A stretch of DNA of 46,364 nt from Nitrospiraceae bacterium (GTDB lineage: Bacteria > Nitrospirota > Nitrospiria > Nitrospirales > Nitrospiraceae), in assembly GCA_037442105.1 (NCBI GenBank), contig JBBIQV010000024.1, positions 1-46,364 on the forward strand. Direction: 5' to 3'. A program made the translations under genes and the position numbers. Below are positions 35,064-44,348 of the stretch, in pieces; positions within the stretch are counted from its first letter, which is position 1; each line of letters begins with the position of its first letter. The notes under the pieces are model-generated. The model searched no databases and was not told the DNA's origin. It was given only the letters and a program-made list of their open reading frames with translations.

Positions 35064-36062
35064 ATGAAGATCCCGATAATGTCTTTGGCCGTGGGGCTTT
35101 TGTTCGGTACTGGGGTCGCGCAGGCTGCCGACCTCACACCCCGCGAAATTTATGAACAGGCTTCCCCGGGAGTGGTGATGGTGATGGGTCACTCCACCAC
35201 CAGTGCCAAAGGCAGTGGCGGAACCGGGTCCATCATCCGGCAGGACGGCTTGGTTCTCACCAACGCGCACGTGGTGATTGAAGAGGGGACGGGCCGCCCC
35301 TACCCGAGGTTGAATGTGTACCTCAAGCCGGATCGGGTAACCGGCGATCCGAAGGTCGATCTCGCGCGCGGGGTGAGGGCCAGCGTGGTGGCCTATTCTC
35401 AATCGTTGGACCTGGCGCTGCTGAAGCTGGAAGAGACGAAGACCGCGCTCCCCGTCGTGGCGCTCAGCGACTCGACCTCGACCCACATCGGTGACCGGGT
35501 GGTGGCGATCGGCCATCCGGAGCAGGGAGGATTGTGGACCCTCACCACCGGGGTGATCAGCGCTGAATTCGAGAACTTCAACAACGTGCCCGGCAAACAC
35601 GTCTTTCAAACCGAAACGGGGCTGAATCGCGGGAATTCGGGTGGACCGCTGCTCGATGGACAAGGGCACATGGTTGCAGTCAACACCGCCATTGCCCGCG
35701 TAGCTCCGGACGGTTTGCCGATTACCAGCATCAGTTTTTCGCTCAAATCTGATGTGGCCAAGAAGTGGCTTCGTGAACAAGGGGTGGCCGGTCAGCCGGC
35801 ACCGGCGCTCTCGCAATCTCCTGCGAGCGGCAAGCCATCCACTCCGGCGACAGGGGGGCCGGCGCCAAGTCAGCCCTCGGCTCCGATAGCTCAACCTAAG
35901 CCTGTGACTCCCACAAGACCTGCTGCTCCTCCGGCGATGGTTCAAGCCGCGCCTCCTGCACGTTCCTATAACCTCGATCAGTTGATCAGCGAACGAAGCC
36001 GTGCGGAAGCCGATCTGGAGGACATGATGAAGGAGATGCGTGGGAAAATGGATCGCCGGTAA
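35064..36062 (+). CDS. Exported trypsin-like (S1C) serine protease without PDZ domain
   Basis: RBS GGAGGAGG; signal peptide; triad motifs LTNAHV, DLALLK, GNSGGP; Pro-rich C-terminal linker. Confidence 0.9.
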   Translation: MKIPIMSLAVGLLFGTGVAQAADLTPREIYEQASPGVVMVMGHSTTSAKGSGGTGSIIRQDGLVLTNAHVVIEEGTGRPYPRLNVYLKPDRVTGDPKVDLARGVRASVVAYSQSLDLALLKLEETKTALPVVALSDSTSTHIGDRVVAIGHPEQGGLWTLTTGVISAEFENFNNVPGKHVFQTETGLNRGNSGGPLLDGQGHMVAVNTAIARVAPDGLPITSISFSLKSDVAKKWLREQGVAGQPAPALSQSPASGKPSTPATGGPAPSQPSAPIAQPKPVTPTRPAAPPAMVQAAPPARSYNLDQLISERSRAEADLEDMMKEMRGKMDRR

Positions 36063-36380
36063 ACGGTTGGCGATCCTGTCGGTTTCCAACTTCCTGCCGC
36101 TTTTCCATCCATGTTCAAACACGAACAGTACTGCACGATATCGGCGACCTGATAATCTCTCGCGCAGCGTCCTCCGCGTTGCTCAACGAGCCCGGTTCTG
36201 AAGACAACTGTTCGGGCGGCATTATCCATTCATTATTCCGCGAACCGAAATGAACAGCGATCGAGCTTGACCGGAGCGCTTTCGTCTTTCCGGCACTGGC
36301 AGCGAGGGGTTCGCGTTCATGTCTGCTCGGAGTTGGACCTCCTCTGTGCGTTGAGCCGGCGAAAACGGTGTGACAGAAAA

Positions 36381-36396
36381 CGGCATAATCCTTGCT
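36381..36396 (+). promoter_or_regulatory. Sigma54 (-24/-12) promoter of the kinase/regulator pair
   Basis: CGGCATAATCCTTGCT fits GG-N10-GC with TTGC. Confidence 0.65.
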
Positions 36397-36450
36397 CAAG
36401 TAATAAGACGAGGAATAATAGAGGTGAAACAAACATAAGGAACCAGTTTC

Positions 36451-38331
36451 ATGAATGCCGGGCGGTCCAGCTTCCCAACCTGTGGGATGACGGCAGCCCT
36501 GATCGGTGGCATTCTTGCCGTTGATTGGTGGCTGCCATTGGGTTTTGCCGTGCCGGTGCTGTACGTGGTGCCGGTCCTCGTCTCCTCGTGGATCCCTCGC
36601 TCTCGAGCCATCCCTTTCACGGCTGCGACGGTCTCTCTCCTCACCGCGCTTGATTTTCTACAGACTCCTCTTCTGACTTCGACCTCGGTCATGGTCTTCA
36701 ACCGCTTCTTCTCGCTGCTTGTGATTTGGGTGACCGCAATCCTCTGTATGCGGCGACAGCAGGACGAGCGAAACCTGCATGCGGCCAATGAAGGCATCGA
36801 GCGGCAGGTCGAGGCTCGCACCGCGGAGTTAGCGAAGGCGAACAAGGAACTAGGGGCCTTGCGTGCGGAGGTGGTCTCCCAACTGGCGGCGATCGTCAAG
36901 TCGTCCGACGATGCCATTATCGGGATGAGTTTGAACGGCATCATTCAAAGCTGGAATGCAGGCGCAGAACGAGTCTACGGGTATGCAGCACAAGAAGTCA
37001 TTGGAAGGTCGATCTCTCTGCTCTGTCCGCCTGACCGGTTGGAAGAAGTGCCGCTTATGCTCGATCGCATTGCCCGGGGGGACCACGTGCGCAACGTGGA
37101 GACAATCCAACGAAAGAAACGAGGGCAGCGGATCGACGTGTCGCTCACCATGTCTCCGCTGAAGGATGCGGAGGACGATGTTGTGGGAGCCTCGTGGATT
37201 GCACGGGACGTGACCAGGCGTAAGCGGATGGAAGCCGCGCTGCGAGAGAGTGAGGCCCGTTTTCATATGATGGCGGATACGGCGCCGGTGATGGTGTGGA
37301 TGTCACAACCTGAGACCGGCTGCACTTTCTTCAACAAACGTTGGCTGGAATTCACGGGACGGACGCAAGAGCAGGAACGTGGCGATGGCTGGTTAGAGGG
37401 AGTGCACCCACAAGACCGGTCCCGATGCACAGAGACCTACCGGGCGGCGTTGCTGAGCCGCCAGCCGTTCACCATGGAATATCGCCTCAAACGGAATGAT
37501 GGGACGTATCGATGGGTGTTGGACACCGGCGTGCCTCGATTTGAACCGGACTGCGCTCCCTGCAGCGAGTCCTTCTCTTCGGATAGGAAGACCTGGCTTC
37601 CTTCGACCGGAGATAAGCCGGGAGGCATTCTCTGCGGCTATATCGGTTCCTGCATCGATCTCACCGAACGAAAGGAAATGGAGGATGAACTCCGAAAGAC
37701 ACTGAAGGAAAAAGAAAGCTTGTTGCGAGAGGTTCACCACCGGGTGAAAAACAACCTGCAAGTGATCTCCAGCCTGTTGAATCTTCAATCTGCCTCGATC
37801 AAGGATCCGCAAGTTGCCCAACTGTTCCGGGAGTGTCAAACCCGCATTACCTCGATCGCATTGCTGCACGAAACCCTCCACCGGTCCAGTGACCTTTCGT
37901 GTATCAAGATGGGGGACTACATCCGTACCCTGACCGGACATTTGTTCCGCTCCTATGGTGTCGATCCGAAAGCCATCGCCTTGGATCTGCATGTCGAAGA
38001 CATCGAGTTCGATATCGATACAGGGATGACCTGCGGGTTGATTGTCGAGGAATTGGTTTCGAACTGTCTGAAACACGCTTTTGTGGAAGGCAAGGGAGGG
38101 TGCGTCCTGATCGGACTGCAGGCTCAAGGCGACGGAAGCTATGTGTTGGAAGTGAGTGACGACGGCGTCGGTATTCCCAAAGACGGGGTGCTGAACAACC
38201 CCGATTCGCTAGGATTGGACCTTGTCACCTTGCTTGCGGAGAAGCTGGAAGGTGCGGTGGAACTACAAAGCGGCCAGGGGACGTCCTGGCGGATTCAGTT
38301 TCATCAACTGCACTACCAAGAAAGGATGTGA
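36451..38331 (+). CDS. Membrane sensor histidine kinase with two PAS domains, HisKA_2 type
   Basis: N-terminal TM helices; PAS (SSDDAI..WNAGAE); PAS_3 ([15 protein letters not shown]); H-box [16 protein letters not shown]. Confidence 0.93.
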   Translation: MNAGRSSFPTCGMTAALIGGILAVDWWLPLGFAVPVLYVVPVLVSSWIPRSRAIPFTAATVSLLTALDFLQTPLLTSTSVMVFNRFFSLLVIWVTAILCMRRQQDERNLHAANEGIERQVEARTAELAKANKELGALRAEVVSQLAAIVKSSDDAIIGMSLNGIIQSWNAGAERVYGYAAQEVIGRSISLLCPPDRLEEVPLMLDRIARGDHVRNVETIQRKKRGQRIDVSLTMSPLKDAEDDVVGASWIARDVTRRKRMEAALRESEARFHMMADTAPVMVWMSQPETGCTFFNKRWLEFTGRTQEQERGDGWLEGVHPQDRSRCTETYRAALLSRQPFTMEYRLKRNDGTYRWVLDTGVPRFEPDCAPCSESFSSDRKTWLPSTGDKPGGILCGYIGSCIDLTERKEMEDELRKTLKEKESLLREVHHRVKNNLQVISSLLNLQSASIKDPQVAQLFRECQTRITSIALLHETLHRSSDLSCIKMGDYIRTLTGHLFRSYGVDPKAIALDLHVEDIEFDIDTGMTCGLIVEELVSNCLKHAFVEGKGGCVLIGLQAQGDGSYVLEVSDDGVGIPKDGVLNNPDSLGLDLVTLLAEKLEGAVELQSGQGTSWRIQFHQLHYQERM

Positions 38332-38336
38332 TCACC

Positions 38337-39320
38337 ATGGAACACGCCAAAATCCTCGTCGTGGAAGACGAAACCATTGTTGCCAAAGATATTCAGCAGA
38401 GCCTGACCCGCCTGGGGTATGAAGTGCCGGCCACGGCAACTTCGGGGGAGGAGGCCATTCGCAAGACCAAAGAAATCCATCCTGACCTGGTCATCATGGA
38501 TATTGTGTTGAAGGGGCAGATGGACGGTGTTCAAACGGCGCAAGAAATCACGCGGCGGTTCGACGTGCCGGTGATCTATTTGACCGCCTATGCCGATGAA
38601 GCCACGTTGGAGCGGGTGAAAACAACCTCGCCCGCCGGATATATGCTGAAGCCTTATCTGCCGAACGAGTTGCGCACCACCATCGAGCTTGCGCTGCACC
38701 GGACGCAGATCGACCGCCATTTGAAAGAAAGCCTGCGGTGGCTGGCGACGACGGTGCGGTGTATGGGCGATGCGGTGCTGACGACCAACCGCGGTGGACG
38801 CCTGACATACATGAGTCCGGCGGCTGAAACGCTGACCGGCTGGTCCCAACAGGAGGCGATGGGAGTTGGGCTGACGGCCATTCTCGCGTGCGAGGAGGAC
38901 AGCCCGGTGCAATTGGTCGAGAGCCCGGCAATGAAGGTGATGATGGAGTGCCGGATCATTCGGCTCGACCGCGCCATGCTGGTCATGAAGGATGGCGCAA
39001 GGCGGCCGATCGAAGGGAATGCGGCGCCGGTCGTTGATGAAGCGGGGGTGGTCATCGGGGCGGTCCTGGTGTTTCACGATGCGCGGTCGCCGGCGCAGTT
39101 GGAACCCAGCCAGGACGCGATTCGGAGTGACCTCCGACACATGGACGACCAATTGTCCCCGGCTCATGGCATCATCAACCTCTGTGCCTGGTGCAAGCGG
39201 GTGCCTGATGCATCAGGGGAATGGTACGATTTGGATACGTTTATTGCGGAACATTCCGACCTGCAGTTCAATGGCGGACTTTGTCCCGAATGCTTGAAGA
39301 AGTGCTTCCCCCTCTCGTAA
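38337..39320 (+). CDS. Response regulator (REC-PAS) with C-terminal Cys4 motif
   Basis: VVEDE, MDI, LTAY, KP; PAS; tail CAWCKR...GLCPEC. Confidence 0.9.
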   Translation: MEHAKILVVEDETIVAKDIQQSLTRLGYEVPATATSGEEAIRKTKEIHPDLVIMDIVLKGQMDGVQTAQEITRRFDVPVIYLTAYADEATLERVKTTSPAGYMLKPYLPNELRTTIELALHRTQIDRHLKESLRWLATTVRCMGDAVLTTNRGGRLTYMSPAAETLTGWSQQEAMGVGLTAILACEEDSPVQLVESPAMKVMMECRIIRLDRAMLVMKDGARRPIEGNAAPVVDEAGVVIGAVLVFHDARSPAQLEPSQDAIRSDLRHMDDQLSPAHGIINLCAWCKRVPDASGEWYDLDTFIAEHSDLQFNGGLCPECLKKCFPLS

Positions 39321-39348
39321 CCGGAAGCAGGTATTCGAGGAAAGAACG

Positions 39349-40551
39349 TCAGTCTGCGATGAATTGCTTGGTGTCCTGGAGGTGTTTGCTCAGGTAGGTC
39401 ATGAATGGCGTACCGCCGGTTCCCACGGCGGTAGGATTGCTGGACTGCTGATGCTGTTGATGGATGTACCTGTCCGCATAGCCGACATGAATTTCGCGGA
39501 ACTGAGCCAGTAGGTTCACGCAGGCACAGAAGGCTTCCCAGAGCTCCGGATGCCGTTCCCTCCGATCCCGCACATACCCGGAAAGTAGCGGTCTTCCCCG
39601 GTCGTCCGTCCGTTCTTCCAGCGCAGCAATAAACGCCCGGTGACGCGGTGGCATGTACTCGCGCATCTCCATGAGGTACTGCGTGAGCATGTCCTGCGCG
39701 TGGGGCACGCCGAGCCCGGCATCCAGCGACGGAACGATGGAACTTTGCGCCCCCGTTTCGCCGCGAAACTTCTGTGGTTGGCCGTTGTGAGCAGAGATAC
39801 CATCATATATGAGGCCGTGCGGAAGCGAAGGATTATTCTTCCACCCATGGATGTAGGGCCGTACCCGATTGTAATAAATGTAGGGATCGCAACGTTCCTT
39901 CATACGCAGAAGCGTCGTGCGCATTGCCTCCTGCCCCATCGCCAGGGCGCGGAGGCCGCGAAGAACCTCTTCCGGCTCGCCCTCAGAAGCAGCGTTGTGC
40001 GCATGAACCAATCCGGCGAGCGCCGGGCCGGCCTCCGCCTCGATCTGGATGTGCACCAGCACGAACCACTCCTCGTCGATGCCGCCCAGAAAATTCTGAA
40101 GCAGCACAATATTATCGAGCTGGATGGGCCGGGTTCGATCCAGTCGCCGCCAGTTGTGCAATGCATAAGAGGCGTAGGAGAGGACGGGAGGACGGCCCAG
40201 TTGGTTGGCGACTTCGAGCCACGGCATGGCCAATTGGGTCGGTAACCGATCAGCCGGATGGACCGGGTCTTCCCAGACATAGCCGTGACCGGCAAAGGAC
40301 AGAATGCGCATCGCGCAGCGGTACTCGTCGAGCCGCCAGTCTTCCGCTACCGACTTCACCAAGGTCGAATGTGCGTGGATGAAACTTCGGAATTGCCGGG
40401 CAGTCAGGAGCTTCGGAAGGTCGGTTCGGATCTGATCCAGGATTGGTTCGTCGGGCAAACGTTCGAGTGGATCGTGAGCGGGAAGGAAGCCGCGCTCAGG
40501 CGAGATGTCGAAGTCGGCGAGGGAGAGAGAAGGAAGCGTGGTGAGTTTCAT
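39349..40551 (-). CDS. Indoleamine 2,3-dioxygenase family heme protein
   Basis: ERGFLP, LGRPP.LSY, NW, DEEWF, RPYIHGW, GETGAQSS, MREYMPPRH, FREIH, GTGGT. Confidence 0.88.
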   Translation of the reverse strand: MKLTTLPSLSLADFDISPERGFLPAHDPLERLPDEPILDQIRTDLPKLLTARQFRSFIHAHSTLVKSVAEDWRLDEYRCAMRILSFAGHGYVWEDPVHPADRLPTQLAMPWLEVANQLGRPPVLSYASYALHNWRRLDRTRPIQLDNIVLLQNFLGGIDEEWFVLVHIQIEAEAGPALAGLVHAHNAASEGEPEEVLRGLRALAMGQEAMRTTLLRMKERCDPYIYYNRVRPYIHGWKNNPSLPHGLIYDGISAHNGQPQKFRGETGAQSSIVPSLDAGLGVPHAQDMLTQYLMEMREYMPPRHRAFIAALEERTDDRGRPLLSGYVRDRRERHPELWEAFCACVNLLAQFREIHVGYADRYIHQQHQQSSNPTAVGTGGTPFMTYLSKHLQDTKQFIAD

Positions 40552-40591
40552 GCCGGACCTCGCACCGCCTGCACACCTGAGGACTGAGTTT

Positions 40592-40619
40592 AATTTACCA
40601 TACGCTAAATGTGGGTCAA
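40592..40619 (-). promoter_or_regulatory. Putative sigma70 promoter of the IDO-like gene
   Basis: TTGACC-N16-TAAATT with a TG extension on the minus strand. Confidence 0.5.
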
Positions 40620-40684
40620 CGGGAGAGCTGAAAACGGGCGAGGCGGGACAGGTGACCGATTGTGCTCCGTTACGGATCTTCGGG

Positions 40685-41491
40685 CTAGGAATTTTCTTGC
40701 GCCGGCTCAAGGCCAATCTGAGTCATATCTCGTTCCAAAACCGGAGGTCTGGATAGACCAAAGGGCGCGGTATCCTCGGGAAAATCCACTTCCGGGCGAA
40801 GACTTTTCGTAGAGGCCATATAGACAAACCAGTGGAAGCCTCGAATCGCCGGCGGGACGATGGAGATGATTTTCAGCCTGTTTCGCTTTGCCGTGGCTCT
40901 CAACCAGTCAAAATCGAAGATGACTGCGTTAGAAAGATCGACCGGGTTGATATAGAGCGCATTCTGAAAGTCTTGCATCATAGGGAAGTATCGCTTATCA
41001 AACAAAAACCATGTGGAGGCCACGATGCCGTCATGGCGCAGAATACGCTCCGTCTCGCTCAGATAATACGAGGCCTGCTCTTCCGTAAGGTGTGTGAAAA
41101 CCGACCACGCGATGACCAGCTTGAAAGAGCGCTCTCGTGCGGGAAAGGGGCGGGTCAAAGGTTTCAACAGCCCTGGATTGAAACAGGTACTCCTAACGTC
41201 ATGGTGCTGAAACTCAAACCCCTCTGCGAAGGGTTGAAGATTCTTCCTGCACCATTTGATCATCCCGCGGTGCAGATCGATGCCGGTGTATTGGCGAGGG
41301 GGTGGTACCTGTTGCATAAGTTGTCGAGCGATTCGACCGCAGCCGCAGCCGAAGTCAAAGACCGTTTCGTAATTCTCGGCCGGTACGTTCGGAAGGACGA
41401 GCTGTCCTGTCGGATTATCAAAGAGGCCCAACTCTGTCGGGCCCACCAGCTTGCGCATGTCAAGCGGTGGAATGGGAAGGGACTGGATCAC
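40685..41491 (-). CDS. Class I SAM-dependent methyltransferase
   Basis: VFDFGCGCGR, YTGID, SVFTHL; GTG start with RBS AGGAG. Confidence 0.85.
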   Translation of the reverse strand: MIQSLPIPPLDMRKLVGPTELGLFDNPTGQLVLPNVPAENYETVFDFGCGCGRIARQLMQQVPPPRQYTGIDLHRGMIKWCRKNLQPFAEGFEFQHHDVRSTCFNPGLLKPLTRPFPARERSFKLVIAWSVFTHLTEEQASYYLSETERILRHDGIVASTWFLFDKRYFPMMQDFQNALYINPVDLSNAVIFDFDWLRATAKRNRLKIISIVPPAIRGFHWFVYMASTKSLRPEVDFPEDTAPFGLSRPPVLERDMTQIGLEPAQENS

Positions 41492-41509
41492 TGTATGCTC
41501 CTAAAAGCA

Positions 41510-41538
41510 AATCTAGGTGCAAGTCATTCGGCTGTCAA
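41510..41538 (-). promoter_or_regulatory. Sigma70 promoter of the methyltransferase
   Basis: TTGACA-N17-TAGATT on the minus strand. Confidence 0.6.
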
Positions 41539-41574
41539 TCGCTTTCGTATTGCAAGCAACAGGTGAGGCGGTCG

Positions 41575-43248
41575 TCAGCTTGTCACCGCCCCTTCCGATG
41601 CCGACGAGACATGCCGGGCATATTTCGCCATGACGCCTGACGTGTACCGGGAGACCGGGAGCTTCACTTTCTTGAGCCGCGCCTTGATCTCTTTCTGAGA
41701 GAGTTCCACATCCAGCCGCCGTTTTGCGATGTCGAACGTGATCGTGTCGCCATTTTTGACGGCGCCGATCGGTCCGCCTTTGACGGCTTCCGGAGCCACG
41801 TGTCCAGCCATCAGACCGTGTGTCGCACCGGAGAAACGTCCATCGGTCAGCAACGCAACCGAGTCGCCGAGGCCTGCGCCGACGATGGCGGCCGTCACAC
41901 CCAGCATCTCCCGCATGCCCGGCCCGCCGGATGGGCCTTCATAGCGGATCACGACGACATCACCCGCCTTGATCTGTCCGGTCTTGACTGCGACGAAGGC
42001 ATCTTCTTCCCGGTCGTACACTTTGGCCGGCCCGCGAAATTTCATTATTGAATGCCCGGCCACCTTGACTACGCAACCATCCGGCGCGAGATTGCCTTTC
42101 AGGATGACCAGACCTCCGGTCGACTTGATGGGATTCGAGAGGGGGCGGAGCACTTGCTGCCCCGCCGTCTCTAGCGCATCTTTCGCTTCTTCTCCAATCG
42201 TCCGGCCCGTCACGGTAAGCTGATTCGTGTGGAGAATCCCCGCGTCCAAGAGCCGTTTGGCTACGAGTGTCGTGCCGCCTGCCGCATAGAGATCGGCAGC
42301 CGTAAACCGGCCGCCCGGTTTCAGGTCGGCCAACAAGGGAACCTTCCGGTTGATCTTGTCGAAATCGTCGATCGTCAGTTTGATGCCGGCCTCGCGCGCG
42401 ACGGCGAGCAGATGCAGCACCGCGTTGGTCGATCCGCCGGTCGTCGCAACGGCGGCGATGGCGTTCTCGATCGATTTGCGGGTGATAATTTGTTTGGGAC
42501 GGAGGTCTTTCTTGACCAAGTCCATCACCAGCTTGCCGCACTCGAATGCCACGTCGTCCTTCCGATTATCCATCGCCGGAACGCCGTTCCGTCCCATCGG
42601 CGAGATGCCGAGGAACTCGAAGGCGATGGCCATGGTGTTGGCGGTAAACTGTCCGCCGCAGGCGCCGGGGCCAGGACAGGCGTGATCTTCGAGGTCTTTC
42701 AACTCGGCATTGCTCATCTTGCCGGAGGCATGCTTGCCCACCGCCTCGAAGACATCCTGAATCGTCACATCATGTCCCTGGAAGTGGCCGGGCATGATGG
42801 ACCCGCCGTAGAGCATGAGGGAGGGCAGGTTGAGACGAGCCAGCGCCATGACCGTGCCGGGGATGGTCTTGTCGCAGCCGGAGAGAGCCACGACCGCATC
42901 GAACAGGTGCCCGCGCGCCACCAACTCGATCGAATCCGCGATCACTTCGCGGCTGATCAACGACGCTTTCATCCCTTCGGTGCCCATCGAGATGCCGTCG
43001 GAGACGGCGATCGTGTTGTACTCGATCGGTGTCCCGCCCGCCGCACGGATGCCGGCCTTCACGCGCTCGGACAAGCGCCGCAAGTGATAGTTGCAGGGCA
43101 TGACTTCGATCCAGGTGTTGGCCACGCCGACTATCGGTTTCGACAAATCCTCGTCGGTGAAGCCGACAGCTTTGAGCATCGCGCGAGCCGGCGCCCGGCC
43201 AGGACCAACCAGCAGATCGTGACTCTTCAACTTCAATTCCTTCGGCAT
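41575..43248 (-). CDS. ilvD: Dihydroxy-acid dehydratase
   Basis: PCN, SDGISMG, CDKT, GACGGQFTANTM, GGSTN, GPGMREM, TDGRFSG, GHVAPEA. Confidence 0.97.
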   Translation of the reverse strand: MPKELKLKSHDLLVGPGRAPARAMLKAVGFTDEDLSKPIVGVANTWIEVMPCNYHLRRLSERVKAGIRAAGGTPIEYNTIAVSDGISMGTEGMKASLISREVIADSIELVARGHLFDAVVALSGCDKTIPGTVMALARLNLPSLMLYGGSIMPGHFQGHDVTIQDVFEAVGKHASGKMSNAELKDLEDHACPGPGACGGQFTANTMAIAFEFLGISPMGRNGVPAMDNRKDDVAFECGKLVMDLVKKDLRPKQIITRKSIENAIAAVATTGGSTNAVLHLLAVAREAGIKLTIDDFDKINRKVPLLADLKPGGRFTAADLYAAGGTTLVAKRLLDAGILHTNQLTVTGRTIGEEAKDALETAGQQVLRPLSNPIKSTGGLVILKGNLAPDGCVVKVAGHSIMKFRGPAKVYDREEDAFVAVKTGQIKAGDVVVIRYEGPSGGPGMREMLGVTAAIVGAGLGDSVALLTDGRFSGATHGLMAGHVAPEAVKGGPIGAVKNGDTITFDIAKRRLDVELSQKEIKARLKKVKLPVSRYTSGVMAKYARHVSSASEGAVTS

Positions 43249-43254
43249 GGTCGC

Positions 43255-43611
43255 TTATTTCCCTTTCTTCCCTTCCTTTTTCTTCTCGTCCTTCTTGTCT
43301 TCGACATCGATCACCGCGCCGGTACCGGCATCGATGTGAATTTCCATCACCTTGCCGTCCGTGCCGACGATTTCCACTTCCCAGATGGTCTTGCCGTGCT
43401 TTTTCTCCAACTCGGCTTCCACCACCGTCCCTTGGACCTTTTCTGTCGCGGTCTTAATGGCCTGGTCCACGGTGACCTTGGCATCTTTCACCATCTCCGC
43501 GACGTTGCCCTCTTCCTCCTTCTCCTTCTTGCCCCTGTCGCTCCAAGCCGGCGCACCGAATGCGAGGAGCGACCCGATTGCCAGTGCCGTGATCATGCCC
43601 CATGCCCTCAT
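43255..43611 (-). CDS. Exported PepSY domain protein
   Basis: Signal peptide; TVDQAIKTA, VVEAELE, WEVEI, IDAGTG. Confidence 0.85.
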   Translation of the reverse strand: MRAWGMITALAIGSLLAFGAPAWSDRGKKEKEEEGNVAEMVKDAKVTVDQAIKTATEKVQGTVVEAELEKKHGKTIWEVEIVGTDGKVMEIHIDAGTGAVIDVEDKKDEKKKEGKKGK

Positions 43612-43632
43612 GATGCACCTCCGTAGGATGCG

Positions 43633-44226
43633 TTAGTTCTTCTTGTCCATGTCCCTGGACATGCCCTTGTGTGGGCTGCCCTGGCCGCTCCCCATGCTCT
43701 TGTGTTGCTGCATCATTTTCTCGTGCTCAGCCTTTTCCTTTCCGCGCTGTTCAGGAGTCAGCAGGCCCAGCACGTCGCGGCGCGCTTTAATTGAAGCCAT
43801 CCGCAAGGCGACCTGTTGTTCCTCGCTCTGCTTGAGTTTCGCCTCGATCGCCCCCAGGTCGGATTTTTCGTCCTCGACCAACGCTTTGAGCTCACGCTCG
43901 GCAATCTGGATGTCCGCCTCCATTTTGATGCGTGTCTTGTCGAGGTTGAGCTGCATCTCCTTTAACTTGGCAACCTGATCGGCCGTCAACCCGATGTCCT
44001 TTTCGTGCTTGAGCAAGTGGCGGATGAGGTGGCCGGTGCTGCTGTGCATCATGCCCATGCCCATCCCCATGCCGTGGCCGCCGCTGGAATGTCCGTATCC
44101 TTCTTTGCCGCCGCCGTGGCTGTACTCCTTGGAATCGGGATCGGCCCAAGCCGGTGACAAGCTCAGCGTGAGCGCAAACAGCGATGCGGCCCCGGCCATT
44201 GCGATACGTGTGACGTTCGTCATCAT
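43633..44226 (-). CDS. Periplasmic Spy/CpxP/ZraP-like (LTxxQ) protein
   Basis: Signal peptide AWA; Gly/His/Met-rich segment; LTADQ and LTPEQ motifs; RBS AAGGAGG. Confidence 0.85.
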   Translation of the reverse strand: MMTNVTRIAMAGAASLFALTLSLSPAWADPDSKEYSHGGGKEGYGHSSGGHGMGMGMGMMHSSTGHLIRHLLKHEKDIGLTADQVAKLKEMQLNLDKTRIKMEADIQIAERELKALVEDEKSDLGAIEAKLKQSEEQQVALRMASIKARRDVLGLLTPEQRGKEKAEHEKMMQQHKSMGSGQGSPHKGMSRDMDKKN

Positions 44227-44348
44227 TTCCTCCTTCTTTGGTGGTTGTCGCAGTCAGTTTCCCGCGAATTTCTTCAATATCGCTTGCCTGTTGAAGGCGG
44301 TCATTGTAGCAGAAGCTTCATGAATAATCCGGGCTAGGATGTCGGCCA

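Noticed and set aside
35046..36122. 358-aa minus-strand ORF
   Set aside because: Antisense shadow of the serine protease, Arg-rich and without motifs
36063..36380. Small ORFs or an sRNA in the gap before the kinase
   Set aside because: No RBS-supported ORF with motifs and no recognisable RNA family; likely the sigma54 enhancer region
40552..40716. N-terminal extension of the IDO ORF in the ORF track
   Set aside because: It overlaps the methyltransferase end and contains a promoter-like motif; ATG 40551 is the better start
42229..43626. 465-aa plus-strand ORF
   Set aside because: Antisense to ilvD and PepSY with no recognisable motifs; typical of GC-rich codon bias
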